A DNA stretch of 64,000 bases from an uncultured Pseudomonadota bacterium (GTDB taxonomy: Bacteria > Pseudomonadota > Alphaproteobacteria > JACZXZ01). A program made the translations under genes and the position numbers. Below the pieces are notes generated by a model that worked only from the letters and a program-made list of their open reading frames with translations, made no database searches and was not told the origin of the DNA. Numbering within the stretch: position 1 is the stretch's first letter; each line of letters starts with the position of its first letter. The stretch spans positions 288,001-352,000 of the forward strand of contig CAVVLJ010000016.1 in NCBI GenBank assembly GCA_963749075.1, given 5' to 3'. This document shows, one piece after another, positions 1-10,735 of this stretch.

Positions 1-12
1 AAGGGCGAATGG

Positions 13-696
13 ATGCAGTTCATCACCTTCATGCGCGCGCGCGATGAACGGGACCCCACAGCGTTTCAGAAATGGTACCTCGGAACGTGCGGGCCTCAGC
101 TACTTGGACGATCTTCAAAACTGCGACGCTTTCTCGTCAACCTTGCCCACCAGGGGCCGGAGGAGCTTCGTCGCCCCAGCGACAGCACGGATCCGCGAGC
201 GCGATACGATCTGGTGACGCAGATGTGGTTCGACACGATTCCCGAGGCAAAATCTACACTGGATGATGTCGCAGTCGAACTCTCGGCGTGGGCGGATCAG
301 CGGTACTCGTACGGCGTCAGCGATACGGTTGTGCTTGATAGGAGGGTCAATCATTCGGGAAGCAACTCGGGCATCAAGGTGATGCGCGGAATATTTTTTT
401 TCGACGACATGCCAAATTCGGCGGCACGGAGGAGCTGGACTCTACACGCCCGGCTCGCGTTGAAGGTTCACGTGGGAATGTCCAGCTACGTCCAGCATTG
501 GGTTGAGGAGAAGCTTTCGCCGAATGCCCCGGCCATCCGCGGTATCTCGGAGCTCTATTTCGCGAGCCGTGACGATTTGGTGGAGCGCTACTACGACTCA
601 GAACGCGGCCGCGATGAGATCCTCCAAGATACTTCGCACTTCATTCAGGACCAATTGCCGCGCGTTTATGCAACTGAATACGTGTTGAGGACGTGA
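13..696 (+). CDS. EthD-domain (dimeric alpha/beta barrel) protein, two repeats
   Basis: Two repeats with EthD-like motifs (YDLVTQMWFD; YVQHWVEE...GISELYF). Confidence 0.65.
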   Translation: MQFITFMRARDERDPTAFQKWYLGTCGPQLLGRSSKLRRFLVNLAHQGPEELRRPSDSTDPRARYDLVTQMWFDTIPEAKSTLDDVAVELSAWADQRYSYGVSDTVVLDRRVNHSGSNSGIKVMRGIFFFDDMPNSAARRSWTLHARLALKVHVGMSSYVQHWVEEKLSPNAPAIRGISELYFASRDDLVERYYDSERGRDEILQDTSHFIQDQLPRVYATEYVLRT

Positions 697-833
697 TTTC
701 GCTGACCGGGCCCAATTTGTCGGGTTTCCCTTATGATTCCCTCCCGCTCCTCCGACATTTGCTGGGCGCGAAGCGAGTGAGACATGGTGGAGGTTGTTCG
801 TCTTGGCGAGTTGACTGAGTGTGCGATGGTTGC

Positions 834-1667
834 TCAAATCGCATTCGGAGTCGGCCGTCTTTGCCGGTGGTACCGCTCGAGGAAACTGCGAATAGCATCA
901 CCGGCACGTCTCGCACGCTCACTCAGCGAAAGGTGAGCGTGTGCCGCATTGGGTACTTCGCACTCGATCTCAATGTCGCCCGGAAGGGCATCCAGCATCT
1001 GGTATAGTGGCAGGCTGCCCTCCCCGGGGTAGAGTCGACCGCTGATCGCCTCTGCTCTGAGACCTTCCACCGTACCGGGGATGTCGGAGTCCGCGTCGCA
1101 AAGTTGCGCAAAGCAGATTCGCTCTGGTTCGATTCTTTTGATCGTCATCGGACTGCTACCGGAACGGTACAAGTGCAACGAGTCGATCAGAATGCCAGCG
1201 TTCGGCTGGCCGGCACGCTTCACGAGCCGATATGCGTCGTCAATCGTCCTCGCCTCGCTATACGGAATGAATTCCAATGCCAAGCCGATGCCGAACTTAG
1301 CTGCCGCCTGGCACCGGTCGGCCAGCATTTCCACGTAGCGGACTTCGTCCGGATCGTAGCAGCTCGCAACGATGACTCTCGCGCCGAGCTCGGCAGTCGC
1401 CTCGATCACCGGCACGAAGTCGGACAGCCGCAGATCGGGGTAGAAGTGGTACGCCGACACATTCGAGAGCCTGAGTCCGGTATCATCGAGGCGATGCCTT
1501 ATCTCCCTGATCATCGATGGATTGTTGATTACCTGTGTATAGGGATCGGGTACTCGACGACCCGTGATCCGAATTCCAACGGACTTGAAGCCACCCGCCG
1601 CAGCTGCCACGATGGTCTCGGTCGGCGGGGCGTAGAGCGTCGAATAGCCGAGGGTGAGATGACCCAT
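834..1667 (-). CDS. Sugar-phosphate isomerase/epimerase (xylose isomerase-like TIM barrel)
   Basis: LALEFIPY, ILIDSLH, AQLCD and LYPGEG motifs. Confidence 0.85.
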   Translation of the reverse strand: MGHLTLGYSTLYAPPTETIVAAAAGGFKSVGIRITGRRVPDPYTQVINNPSMIREIRHRLDDTGLRLSNVSAYHFYPDLRLSDFVPVIEATAELGARVIVASCYDPDEVRYVEMLADRCQAAAKFGIGLALEFIPYSEARTIDDAYRLVKRAGQPNAGILIDSLHLYRSGSSPMTIKRIEPERICFAQLCDADSDIPGTVEGLRAEAISGRLYPGEGSLPLYQMLDALPGDIEIECEVPNAAHAHLSLSERARRAGDAIRSFLERYHRQRRPTPNAI

Positions 1668-1703
1668 GTTGTTTTCCTAAGGGGCTCGAGCCTTTTGCTA
1701 GAA

Positions 1704-2816
1704 TCAAAGATCTGCGACGCGATAGGCCTTCATAACCGCCGGGTCGGGCTCATACCCAAGACCGGGTGCAGTAGGTACACGGATATTGCCGCCGATGGGT
1801 TGCGTGACGTCGCCATAGATCTGCGCTTCCAGCGCGACATAGAACTGCTCAATGAAACTTGGCCGCGGAAGCGCCGCCAGGAGATGGAGTGTCGCAAGAA
1901 AGCCAGGCCCGAAATAAGGTGAGTGTGGCGCCAGCGCGACGCTATTGGCTTCGGCCAGCGCGCTCACCTTACGAAATTCAGTGATCCCGCCGACCTTTGT
2001 GACGCTGGGCTGCGCATAGTCCACCGCGCGCGCGGAAAATATCTTTTGGAACTCATATGCAGTGCAGGCATTTTCACCGGCCGCGACGGGGATGCCGGCC
2101 TCCGCGCGCAGCATCGCAAGGGAGTCGAAATCTTCTGGGGGAAAAATGGGCTCCTCGAGCCAACGAATGCCGTAACACTTGAGCCGTGGCGCGATGTTGC
2201 GCGCCTCGATCGGCGTCCACGAGCAGTTGGTGTCGACCATTATTGGGACGTCCGGGCCGGCAGCTTCACGTGCTGCTCTCACTTCAGCCTCAGCCGTCTC
2301 ATGCACCTTGACAGCGCGGTATCCTGCCGCGAGGGCCTCACTCATCCGCTCGGCGACGAGCTCGGGGTCACGAAATCTGAACAAGCCTGCATAGGCTTTA
2401 ATCTCGCTGCGCGCAAGTCCGCCTAAAAACTCAACAAGCGGCAGGCCCGCGCGCTTGCCGGCGATGTCCCAGAGCGCAATGTCCAACCCCGAGAGGGCAA
2501 AGTTGGCAATACCGTAACGCCCATAGATATGAAGCACCTTCTGGATCTCATGGAGCAGCCCCGCGATGTTCCGCGGATCGCGGCCGATCGCCAACGGCGC
2601 CACCATATCTTCGATCGCGGCGCGCACGGCACGCTGGCAATTATAGCTGAACGCCTCACCCCAACCGATGATGCCGTCACTCGTCTCAACACGGACAAGC
2701 AGCATTTCGAGTGTGGAATAAGACTTGCCGCGCCATCCCGCCGACCGGCCGCCGTGGACGAACGGAATCTTGAGCGGCACGCTCTCAATCCGGGTAATCT
2801 TAATCTCATTCTTCAT
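1704..2816 (-). CDS. Mandelate racemase/muconate lactonizing enzyme family
   Basis: GWGE, DIALWDIAGK, MVDTN, WLEEP, AAGEN motifs; start set at MKNEIKI. Confidence 0.9.
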   Translation of the reverse strand: MKNEIKITRIESVPLKIPFVHGGRSAGWRGKSYSTLEMLLVRVETSDGIIGWGEAFSYNCQRAVRAAIEDMVAPLAIGRDPRNIAGLLHEIQKVLHIYGRYGIANFALSGLDIALWDIAGKRAGLPLVEFLGGLARSEIKAYAGLFRFRDPELVAERMSEALAAGYRAVKVHETAEAEVRAAREAAGPDVPIMVDTNCSWTPIEARNIAPRLKCYGIRWLEEPIFPPEDFDSLAMLRAEAGIPVAAGENACTAYEFQKIFSARAVDYAQPSVTKVGGITEFRKVSALAEANSVALAPHSPYFGPGFLATLHLLAALPRPSFIEQFYVALEAQIYGDVTQPIGGNIRVPTAPGLGYEPDPAVMKAYRVADL

Positions 2817-3114
2817 TTGTCCACCAGTTGCATCGATGCCATATCCTCCGAGGTGGGTGCGGTCGAGTTGTGTTCGGAAAGTAGAGTCCCTTCGAGGACG
2901 CAAAAATCTGCCATCGCACGCCTCTCAGCGGCAACGCAAGACCCCAGTCTACTCCAAGAAATCGCGACCAGAGGGCGGCGAGCTAGATAGGTGCTGAGAC
3001 TCTTGATCGTCACCTCGCCTGACCGATGTGTCACGCCTAATCGTCGCGATCAGGCTATCGATAATAGACCGCGTGCAAGCACGCGTCATGGTGTATTCGC
3101 TGATCTGCTTCCGA

Positions 3115-4026
3115 TTATCCGCGCACTCGCCGCAACAGCCTCATTTGGAAGCTTTCACACACCGTTTGTCCGATTTCAGCGACCGTTCGGCTGACGCCGT
3201 TCGGCGAGTCAAGAGGATAAGACACGCACACATCGAACTTTGGAAGCCGTGATTTGCTCGTCAGAACTTTAATTTCCCCGAGTCGAATTGCCTCGCTCGC
3301 CGTCGCTGCGGGCAGCACGCCGATGCCGATCCCTTTCCGCACCAACTCGATGATAATGCCCGTGGCAGTGCAACCAATCACTCGAACCGGCCAGAGGCCG
3401 TTCGATTTGAACAACGTCTTGACCTCGTAATTGATGTGGGTGCCTTCCTCGTAGGTGACGATGACGTGTTTCGCTAGCTCCTTGAGAGACACCGACCTTG
3501 TCCCGACTCGGATGGCGGGGCTCGCGAGCCACTTGAGATCATATTGCGCGAGCCAAATACACCGCACATTCGGTTCATAGACGACACCGACGACGAATGC
3601 GATGTCGATCTCTCTCCGGATGAGGTGACGGTGGAGATTTGACGTTGAATCGGTGACAAGCTCGATACCGATCCGGGGAAAGCGGATTCTGATCCGTTTG
3701 ATGAGCGACGAGACCCAGGCATAGGCTAGCGTTTCGACTATGCCGATCCTGAGCGTTTTTTGGCCGGACTCGAGATCCCTCTTCTGCCTCTTTAAATCCT
3801 TCGTGAGGCGCAACACCTCCTGAGCGTAGCGCATGGCGTCGAGCCCGTCTTTGGTCAGGGCAATTTGGGTGCCATGCCGATTGAGCAATTTGGTGCCGAG
3901 TTCTGCCTCGAGGGCTGCAATTCGCGCTGAAATCGCCGGCTGGGTGAGATTCAGCCTTCCCGCGGCAGCGTGAAAGTTCTTAAGTGTCGCGACCCAAAGG
4001 AAAGTCTCGAGTTGGTTTGTGTGCAT
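3115..4026 (-). CDS. LysR family transcriptional regulator
   Basis: HTH NFHAAAGRLNLTQPAISARIAALE; divergent from the downstream operon. Confidence 0.93.
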   Translation of the reverse strand: MHTNQLETFLWVATLKNFHAAAGRLNLTQPAISARIAALEAELGTKLLNRHGTQIALTKDGLDAMRYAQEVLRLTKDLKRQKRDLESGQKTLRIGIVETLAYAWVSSLIKRIRIRFPRIGIELVTDSTSNLHRHLIRREIDIAFVVGVVYEPNVRCIWLAQYDLKWLASPAIRVGTRSVSLKELAKHVIVTYEEGTHINYEVKTLFKSNGLWPVRVIGCTATGIIIELVRKGIGIGVLPAATASEAIRLGEIKVLTSKSRLPKFDVCVSYPLDSPNGVSRTVAEIGQTVCESFQMRLLRRVRG

Positions 4027-4204
4027 GGCCCATCCCTCGCACGGTCGAAGCAACAGAAAACCCTAGGCACGCCCGCGCTTGCTCCAGCCAAAGATCCGAT
4101 AGAATTATTTTATCATGCCTTGAAGGAAGAATCGATTGGACAGAGTGATAGCCCTCAAGATACTCGTAGCCTGCCGATGTACGGGGTTCCGAGGGGGCTT
4201 TCCG

Positions 4205-4624
4205 ATGGCCGACGCTGACACGATCTCGCTTGAGGATAAGTTCGCGATCATGGAGCTCATCACGCGCTACAATCACGCTGTCGATGGCGGTGATCCCGAC
4301 GGCGTTGCAGCGTGCTTCGCTGCTGACGGTACATTCCAAGGCCGCAGCGGCTACTTTTCCGGTAGCAACGAGCTGCGAAAGCTCGGCATGACGGTGACAC
4401 CCTCGCTCCTACCGCGTCATATCGTGAGCAATATCCTTATCAGGGTTCGTGCGGGCGAAAGGGATGCGGCTGACATCAAGTCCCATCTCCTTTTCTACGA
4501 GGTCACGCCTTCCGGGTTCAACTTCAAAACCAGCGGCGTTTACACCGATGTGGTAGTGAAGACCGGCAAGGAGTGGAAATTTCGCTCTCGTCTGATGACG
4601 CTCGACGTGGTGAGGGCACCATAA
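4205..4624 (+). CDS. SnoaL-like/NTF2 family protein
   Basis: IMELITRYNHAVD...RHIVSN...GVYTD...WKFRSR pattern. Confidence 0.8.
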   Translation: MADADTISLEDKFAIMELITRYNHAVDGGDPDGVAACFAADGTFQGRSGYFSGSNELRKLGMTVTPSLLPRHIVSNILIRVRAGERDAADIKSHLLFYEVTPSGFNFKTSGVYTDVVVKTGKEWKFRSRLMTLDVVRAP

Positions 4625-4790
4625 CCAGGCATCACGGTACCATGGCTCTGTTTCGGGTCACCGGTGATAGTGAGAGGAGTAACGGCGCTTACTTTGCGGC
4701 GCGCTTCTCTGCATTCCCAACCGGAAGATCAAGTCGGCCATTTTCATGAAGTTCCTGGGAAATAAGCGACAACACAGGGGGTGACATGTC

Positions 4791-5723
4791 ATGAAGACGA
4801 GGACCCGCGAGATTGCCGGGCACGATCCGGAGTCCGGCCAGCTTAGTTCGCGCCGCGCTTTTATTGCGGCGGGTTCTGCCCTCTCCCTCGGGGCTGGTAT
4901 ACTGGCGCTAGCGACAAGCGAGTCTGCGCAAGGCCAGGAGAACAAGGGGGAGTCCCTGCTAGACAAGTGGGTGCGCGAGAAGAAGGCCGTGATCGGCATC
5001 GATTTAACGAACGCACCGTTGCGCTTCCGGGACTCCTCGGGAAAACCGACCGGAATGGGCGTTGAGTTGCTCGAACTCCTACTAAAGGACATTGGCGCCG
5101 AACCGGTGTACGTGGAAATGCCGTTCGGCCAAATGTTCGCTGCATTATCAGCCGGCAAGTTCGAAATGATGGGAAACTTTGCCACGATCCTGCCAGGGCG
5201 ATCTTTACGAGGCGCCTTTGCCGGCTTCCCGGCGCACTACCAGCACAATGTCGCGTATTTGAAGGAAGGCTCCAAGCTCACTCACGTGAGCGAACTGGAT
5301 GCGGCAGGCATCACGATCGCTGCCATGCAAGGGACATCGGAAGACAGCATGACGAGGTTTATCTTTCCGAAGGCCACGATTCAGGCCTTTCCACAGATAA
5401 CGGACGCGATAAACGCCGTAGGGACAGGCCGTGTCGATGCCCTGGTCACGGATGCCCTAAGCGGTCCGTCGATATTCAAGACGTTTCCGAAGGTGACGGT
5501 GATTCCCGAAAGCGTGAACGCAATCTCGAATAGCTTTTTCATGCCACCGACGGATTTCAAGCTTTGGACGTTCGTGACGAACTGGCTGCGCTATCAGGCC
5601 TGCAATCGTCTCATGCTGGGGCTCTATTACAAGTGGTTCGGGACGGAAATGCGGGATAAATACAAGATCCCCATCGTCACGGTTGGTTCCGGCGGTGAAC
5701 CGCTGACGGTATCGGCCACATAG
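4791..5723 (+). CDS. Polar amino acid ABC transporter substrate-binding protein with twin-arginine signal
   Basis: SSRRAFIAAG Tat motif plus hydrophobic stretch; family-3 SBP motifs; precedes permeases. Confidence 0.85.
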   Translation: MKTRTREIAGHDPESGQLSSRRAFIAAGSALSLGAGILALATSESAQGQENKGESLLDKWVREKKAVIGIDLTNAPLRFRDSSGKPTGMGVELLELLLKDIGAEPVYVEMPFGQMFAALSAGKFEMMGNFATILPGRSLRGAFAGFPAHYQHNVAYLKEGSKLTHVSELDAAGITIAAMQGTSEDSMTRFIFPKATIQAFPQITDAINAVGTGRVDALVTDALSGPSIFKTFPKVTVIPESVNAISNSFFMPPTDFKLWTFVTNWLRYQACNRLMLGLYYKWFGTEMRDKYKIPIVTVGSGGEPLTVSAT

Positions 5724-5771
5724 ATCGGCGCCCCCGAGTCTTCCAGGCACGCGAGCCAGAGCGTTCGGGTC

Positions 5772-6440
5772 ATGAGTCCCGGCTACGTCTTCCAGTGGTC
5801 GACCGTGCTGGATCGTTGGCCGCTGCTCCTGGCCGGTGCCTGGATAGACGTGTGGGTTACGGTGCTGGGTTTCTTGCTTGCATGTGTGCTTGGCCTCGTG
5901 GCGGCAATCATGCGGCTCGAAGGAAGTGCGATAATTGCGGCTCCGGCAGTCGCATACGTGGAAGTCGCGCGTGGAATACCCACTTACGTCTTTTTGCTCT
6001 GGATCCACTTCGGCCTGGCAAGCCTTGCAGGAATAGCGTTCACGCCAACTCAAAGCATTGTTGCGGTTCTGGCGCTGACCGGGGGCGGTTACACGGCCGA
6101 GATTTTTCGAGCCGGAATTTCTGCAATTGAGCGGGGGCAGACCGAGGCTGCGAAATCGCTTGGGCTGAGTGCGGTCCAGACCTATCGAGACGTCATTTTA
6201 CCCCAGGCCCTTCGGGTTTTTGTACCGCCTCTCGGGAACATCCTCGTTGGCTTGTTGAAGGGCGCGACGCTCATGAGCGTGATAGCGGTGCCCGATATGA
6301 TGCACTTTGCTCAGGATCTCAATATGAATAACTTCGTCCCCTTCGAGGCCTTTACGTCAGTGCTTGTCGTATTCGTCAGTCTGGTGTCGATCGTTTCGTT
6401 GCTGGTGATCGGAATAGAGAGGGCGCTCGTGCATCCATGA
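5772..6440 (+). CDS. Amino acid ABC transporter permease
   Basis: YTAEIFRAGI...GQTEAAKSLG EAA motif. Confidence 0.92.
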   Translation: MSPGYVFQWSTVLDRWPLLLAGAWIDVWVTVLGFLLACVLGLVAAIMRLEGSAIIAAPAVAYVEVARGIPTYVFLLWIHFGLASLAGIAFTPTQSIVAVLALTGGGYTAEIFRAGISAIERGQTEAAKSLGLSAVQTYRDVILPQALRVFVPPLGNILVGLLKGATLMSVIAVPDMMHFAQDLNMNNFVPFEAFTSVLVVFVSLVSIVSLLVIGIERALVHP

Positions 6441-7102
6441 ACTATCAGATGGACTGGAATGCCGTCGCCGAAAAGCTCCCGCTGCTGGCAAGGGGGCTGA
6501 TCTTCACGATTGAGATCTCGATCACGGCCTACGCTCTTTCGCTGGCCGCCGGCCTAGTGGTGGCTCTAATGAGAAGGTCGGCTTGGCGACTCCTGAGTGC
6601 AGCAGCATTCGTGTACACACAATTCTTTCGTTCAATCTCCATATATATATACATCCTCTGGATTTATTTCGGCTTGGCCGCGCTCGCTGGCCTCAACTTC
6701 AGCCCGTTTACGGCGAGCGTCATCTCTCTGGTCCTGCTGAACAGCGCGTATATGTCTGAAATCTATCGCTCAGCTATAGATGCTGTCGAAGTCGGGCAGC
6801 GCGAAGCCGCTTCGAGCCTCGGGATGAGCCGCATAGCCATACTATTCGACATCATTCTGCCGCAGGCGCTCAGGATCGCATTGCCGCCGCTGATCAACCA
6901 GTTCACTATGATTATTAAGGACTCATCGGTCGTTGCGGTTATTGGAGCCGGCGATCTGATGTATCAGACAATTGCCGCCGCGAATTTGCAATATCGATCG
7001 TTCGAGTTTTATACGACAGCCGCAATGATTTACCTCGGCATGGTACTGGTCGTCTCCTGGCTGGGTCGGGTCGTCGAGCTGCGATTGAAGGTGGTGCATT
7101 GA
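6437..7102 (+). CDS. Amino acid ABC transporter permease
   Basis: [11 protein letters not shown]...[10 protein letters not shown]; 4-nt overlap with the upstream gene. Confidence 0.92.
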   Translation: MNYQMDWNAVAEKLPLLARGLIFTIEISITAYALSLAAGLVVALMRRSAWRLLSAAAFVYTQFFRSISIYIYILWIYFGLAALAGLNFSPFTASVISLVLLNSAYMSEIYRSAIDAVEVGQREAASSLGMSRIAILFDIILPQALRIALPPLINQFTMIIKDSSVVAVIGAGDLMYQTIAAANLQYRSFEFYTTAAMIYLGMVLVVSWLGRVVELRLKVVH

Positions 7103-7974
7103 CAATGAAGGGTTTGACAAGCGGGAATCTCGGCGCAGGAGCGGCAGGATCAACGTCTCCGGGATTCGACGATGTTGTCCTGAGACTGGAACAAATTAAC
7201 AAATGGTTTGGCCGCGTCCGGCGTTGGTACGGCCGTGACAATGATGCCCGTCATCACGTGTTGAAGGACGTCAGCCTCTCGGTGAAAAAGGGCGAGGTCC
7301 TAGTTGTCATCGGCCCAAGCGGTTCTGGCAAGAGCACTCTTCTGCGCTGCATCAATATGCTCACGCCAGCGGACAGCGGGGCGGTCACTTTCCTCGACAG
7401 GCACTGGTCCCTACCTCAGGTCCGGCTCAGAAGCCCCATGGCGCACTGGCGACGTGAACGGGATTTGCGCCGCATGCGAGCACGCATCGGGATGGTATTC
7501 CAGCATTTTAATCTGTTCCCTCACAAGACCGCACTTGCGAACATCATGCTGGCACCAATGCGCGTTCTGGAGATGCCGTTCGCACAAGCCAAGGACCGCG
7601 CCCTAGCCGAGCTCGAGCGTGTGGGCATGGCGGGGAAGGCCACCGCATACCCGGGGCAGTTGTCCGGCGGACAGAAGCAGCGCGTGGCGATTGCGAGGGC
7701 GATGGCCATGCGCCCCGAGCTTATGTTGTTCGATGAGGCGACGTCGGCACTCGACCCGGAAATAATTGAGGACATCCTTGATCAGATGAAACAGCTGGCA
7801 ATGGCAGGAATGACCATGATCGTCGTGACCCACGAAATGGGATTCGCACGCGAAATGGGCGACCGGATCATCTTTATGGATGAAGGACGGATCGTCGAGG
7901 AGGGGACAGCGAGGGAGCTTGTTGCGGCACCAAAGAACCCCCGCACTCAGGCTTTTCTACGCGCCATTCTGTAG
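7099..7974 (+). CDS. Amino acid ABC transporter ATP-binding protein (GlnQ-like)
   Basis: [25 protein letters not shown]. Confidence 0.95.
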   Translation: MTMKGLTSGNLGAGAAGSTSPGFDDVVLRLEQINKWFGRVRRWYGRDNDARHHVLKDVSLSVKKGEVLVVIGPSGSGKSTLLRCINMLTPADSGAVTFLDRHWSLPQVRLRSPMAHWRRERDLRRMRARIGMVFQHFNLFPHKTALANIMLAPMRVLEMPFAQAKDRALAELERVGMAGKATAYPGQLSGGQKQRVAIARAMAMRPELMLFDEATSALDPEIIEDILDQMKQLAMAGMTMIVVTHEMGFAREMGDRIIFMDEGRIVEEGTARELVAAPKNPRTQAFLRAIL

Positions 7975-8118
7975 GATGTTTGCGATGCCTGCCCTTGCGC
8001 GGAGGCAGAACTCGGGCAAATCCACCAGGTGTCGTCTGGAGGCGCGGTCCGCCGTACGATCGGCTCCAGTGGATGGGAGCTTGCGGTTCGATGCGCGAGC
8101 GCAATGCGGACGCGCGCA

Positions 8119-9741
8119 ATGATCGACGCTACGGATTTCGACTATGTCGTCATCGGAGCCGGTTCTGCAGGATGCGTTCTCGCAAATCGGCTCACGGCGT
8201 CCGGAAAATATCGCGTTCTACTAATCGAGGCAGGGCTCAAAGACCGCAACCCATGGATCCACATTCCCGCGGGGTACGGCAAGCTCTTCGACCATCCCGC
8301 GGTAAATTGGCGGTACCACAGCGAGCCGGAACCGAACCTCAACGGACGGACACTGTATCAGCCTCGGGGGAAAGTCCTTGGGGGAACGAGCTCGATCAAC
8401 GGCCTTATCTATACGCGCGGGCCGAAAGAAGACTTCGATCACTGGAGCCAACTTGGCAACGCCGGCTGGAGCTACGAAGAGGTCCTGCCATACTTCAAGA
8501 AATCGGAGGATCAGCAGCATGGACCCGACGCCTTTCACGGCGCCGGCGGCCCCTTGTCAGTGTCCGATCAACCACAGAAGCACGAACTCGCTGACGCATT
8601 TATCGCGGCAGCCCAGCAGGCCGGCCACACTTACAACGGCGACTTCAGCGGGCCCAGTCAGGAAGGGGTCGGCTACTATCAGGCCACCGCTCGTAGGGGT
8701 CGAAGATGCAGCGCTGCCGTCGCTTATCTGCGGCCCGCTCGGAAGCGCTCCAACCTGATGGTGGTGACCGATGCACTTGCAACACGCCTGTTATTCGCCG
8801 GCCGAATGGCGGTTGGCGTCGAGTTCCAATATCGCGGTAAAAGCCATGCGGTTCGTGCACGAGGGGAAGTGATACTCGCTGCCGGCGTGTTCAACTCACC
8901 GCAGCTGCTGCAGCTTTCCGGCATTGGGCCAAGTGACCATCTGCGGCAATTTGGCATCTCAGTGGTGCAGGATCTTCCGGGAGTGGGTGAGAACCTGCAG
9001 GACCACTTCATGGTGGGCATGACGTACCGTTGCAGCGAGCCGATCACGCTAAACGATGAAATGCGCAGTCTTGCGCGACGACTTGTGACGGGGGTTCGCT
9101 ATGTTTTCCTTCGAAACGGCTCGTTGGCCGCCAGCGCAACTTATGCCGGCGCCTTCTTGCGGACGGACGAGCATCTCGAGACGCCGAATGTGCAGGTGAA
9201 TCTTGCGGTTTGGAGTGTTGACGACAGCGGACGTTCGCGCGCGCGCCTTCACGATTTCTCCGGCTTCAATACTGGTGTTATTCACGTTCGGCCGGAGAGC
9301 CGTGGGAGCGTACGAATCAAGAGCTCGGACCCAACCGAGGCGCCCGCGATCCAGTTCAATTTTTTCGCGTCCGAAAATGACCGCCGAACCATGGTTGCCG
9401 CAGTGCGCATGGTGCGCAAGATCATGCAGGCACCAGCGATGAAGCGATACGTGGCTAAAGAAATGATCCCCGGGAATTCCTGCATCTCGGACGACGATAT
9501 CGTTGAATTTTGCCGCGACCGCGGACGCTCGACCCTGCATCCTGCTTCTACCTGCAAGATGGGTGCCGACGAGAAAAGTGTCGTGGACTCACGGCTGCGC
9601 ATTCGTGGGCTTTCGCGCCTGCGCGTGGTCGACGGGTCGGTCATGCCCGTTCTGGTCTCTGCAAATCCCAACGCGGCAACAATCATGATCGCAGAAAAGG
9701 CATCCGATATGATTCTGGCGGATTGTGAACAGGCGCCGTAA
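8119..9741 (+). CDS. GMC oxidoreductase (choline dehydrogenase-like)
   Basis: GAGSAG, GKVLGGTSSING, NLQDH and ANPNAATIMIAEK motifs. Confidence 0.93.
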   Translation: MIDATDFDYVVIGAGSAGCVLANRLTASGKYRVLLIEAGLKDRNPWIHIPAGYGKLFDHPAVNWRYHSEPEPNLNGRTLYQPRGKVLGGTSSINGLIYTRGPKEDFDHWSQLGNAGWSYEEVLPYFKKSEDQQHGPDAFHGAGGPLSVSDQPQKHELADAFIAAAQQAGHTYNGDFSGPSQEGVGYYQATARRGRRCSAAVAYLRPARKRSNLMVVTDALATRLLFAGRMAVGVEFQYRGKSHAVRARGEVILAAGVFNSPQLLQLSGIGPSDHLRQFGISVVQDLPGVGENLQDHFMVGMTYRCSEPITLNDEMRSLARRLVTGVRYVFLRNGSLAASATYAGAFLRTDEHLETPNVQVNLAVWSVDDSGRSRARLHDFSGFNTGVIHVRPESRGSVRIKSSDPTEAPAIQFNFFASENDRRTMVAAVRMVRKIMQAPAMKRYVAKEMIPGNSCISDDDIVEFCRDRGRSTLHPASTCKMGADEKSVVDSRLRIRGLSRLRVVDGSVMPVLVSANPNAATIMIAEKASDMILADCEQAP

Positions 9742-9897
9742 CCGTGGTCCGGGAATCTCGATAATGCGCGCTGCGGGTGAGGTAAGCCCCAGTTCACTCC
9801 TAGCCGGCCGTCATCGCGCAAAACTCCGGCCGGCGCTCAATACGATGGTTGACCGGCGCCACCTATCGGATGCGCCGGCTTTCAGGGGAGAGTCTTT

Positions 9898-10677
9898 ATG
9901 GGGCGAGTGCACGGTAAGATTGCGCTGGTGACCGGCGGTGCAGGCGGGATCGGGCGTGCCATTGCTCAGCGCCTAGCCGAAAACGGCGCGAAGATCGTCA
10001 TTGCCGACTTGGCAGTTGAAGCGGGAGAGCACACGGCCGCAGAGCTCAGGCGTGGCGGCGCCGACATCGTATTCATCCATCACGATGTCTCGAACGAGGA
10101 AAGCTGGTCCGGCGCTATCGGCAAGACGATGCAGGCTTATGGCAAACTTGACGTCCTGGTCAATAGCGCGGGCATCTTCAGTGACGTCGGGCAACCCTTC
10201 GATGCGATTACGTTCGGGGAATGGCGGCGCATCATGAGCATCAATCTCGACGGTGTGTTTTTGGGCACGCGCTCCGGCGTACGGTGCATGAAAGCTACGG
10301 GTGGCGGCTCAATCATCAACATCGCCTCGACCGCAAGCTATATCGGAACCAAGGCGGGTGCTGCCTATGGCGCAAGCAAGGGTGGCGTTCGCGTCCTGAC
10401 GATCCAGGCGGCGTTCAGCTGCGCCAAGCACGCATACAATATCCGCGTGAATTCGATTAGTCCGGGGTACGTGTGGACGCCCGCAATTGAGGCGAAAGTC
10501 GTCGCCGACGTTGGTAGCCGATCGGCGGCGTTGGAGGCAGTGGCGTCGCGTAATCCGCTGGGACTGGTTGCTGAACCCGATGATGTGGCGTGGGCGGCCG
10601 TCTATCTCGCTTCCGACGAGTCCAGAATGATCACCGCGACCGATCTCGTGATCGACGGGGGGATGTTGCGGAGTTGA
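9898..10677 (+). CDS. Short-chain dehydrogenase/reductase
   Basis: TGGAGGIG, NSAG, YGASK. Confidence 0.93.
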   Translation: MGRVHGKIALVTGGAGGIGRAIAQRLAENGAKIVIADLAVEAGEHTAAELRRGGADIVFIHHDVSNEESWSGAIGKTMQAYGKLDVLVNSAGIFSDVGQPFDAITFGEWRRIMSINLDGVFLGTRSGVRCMKATGGGSIINIASTASYIGTKAGAAYGASKGGVRVLTIQAAFSCAKHAYNIRVNSISPGYVWTPAIEAKVVADVGSRSAALEAVASRNPLGLVAEPDDVAWAAVYLASDESRMITATDLVIDGGMLRS

Positions 10678-10735
10678 TCGTCGCGCCGCCGCCCTTAAGA
10701 TCGGCCGCTAATTGCGCGCAGGGAAGAGAGAAGGC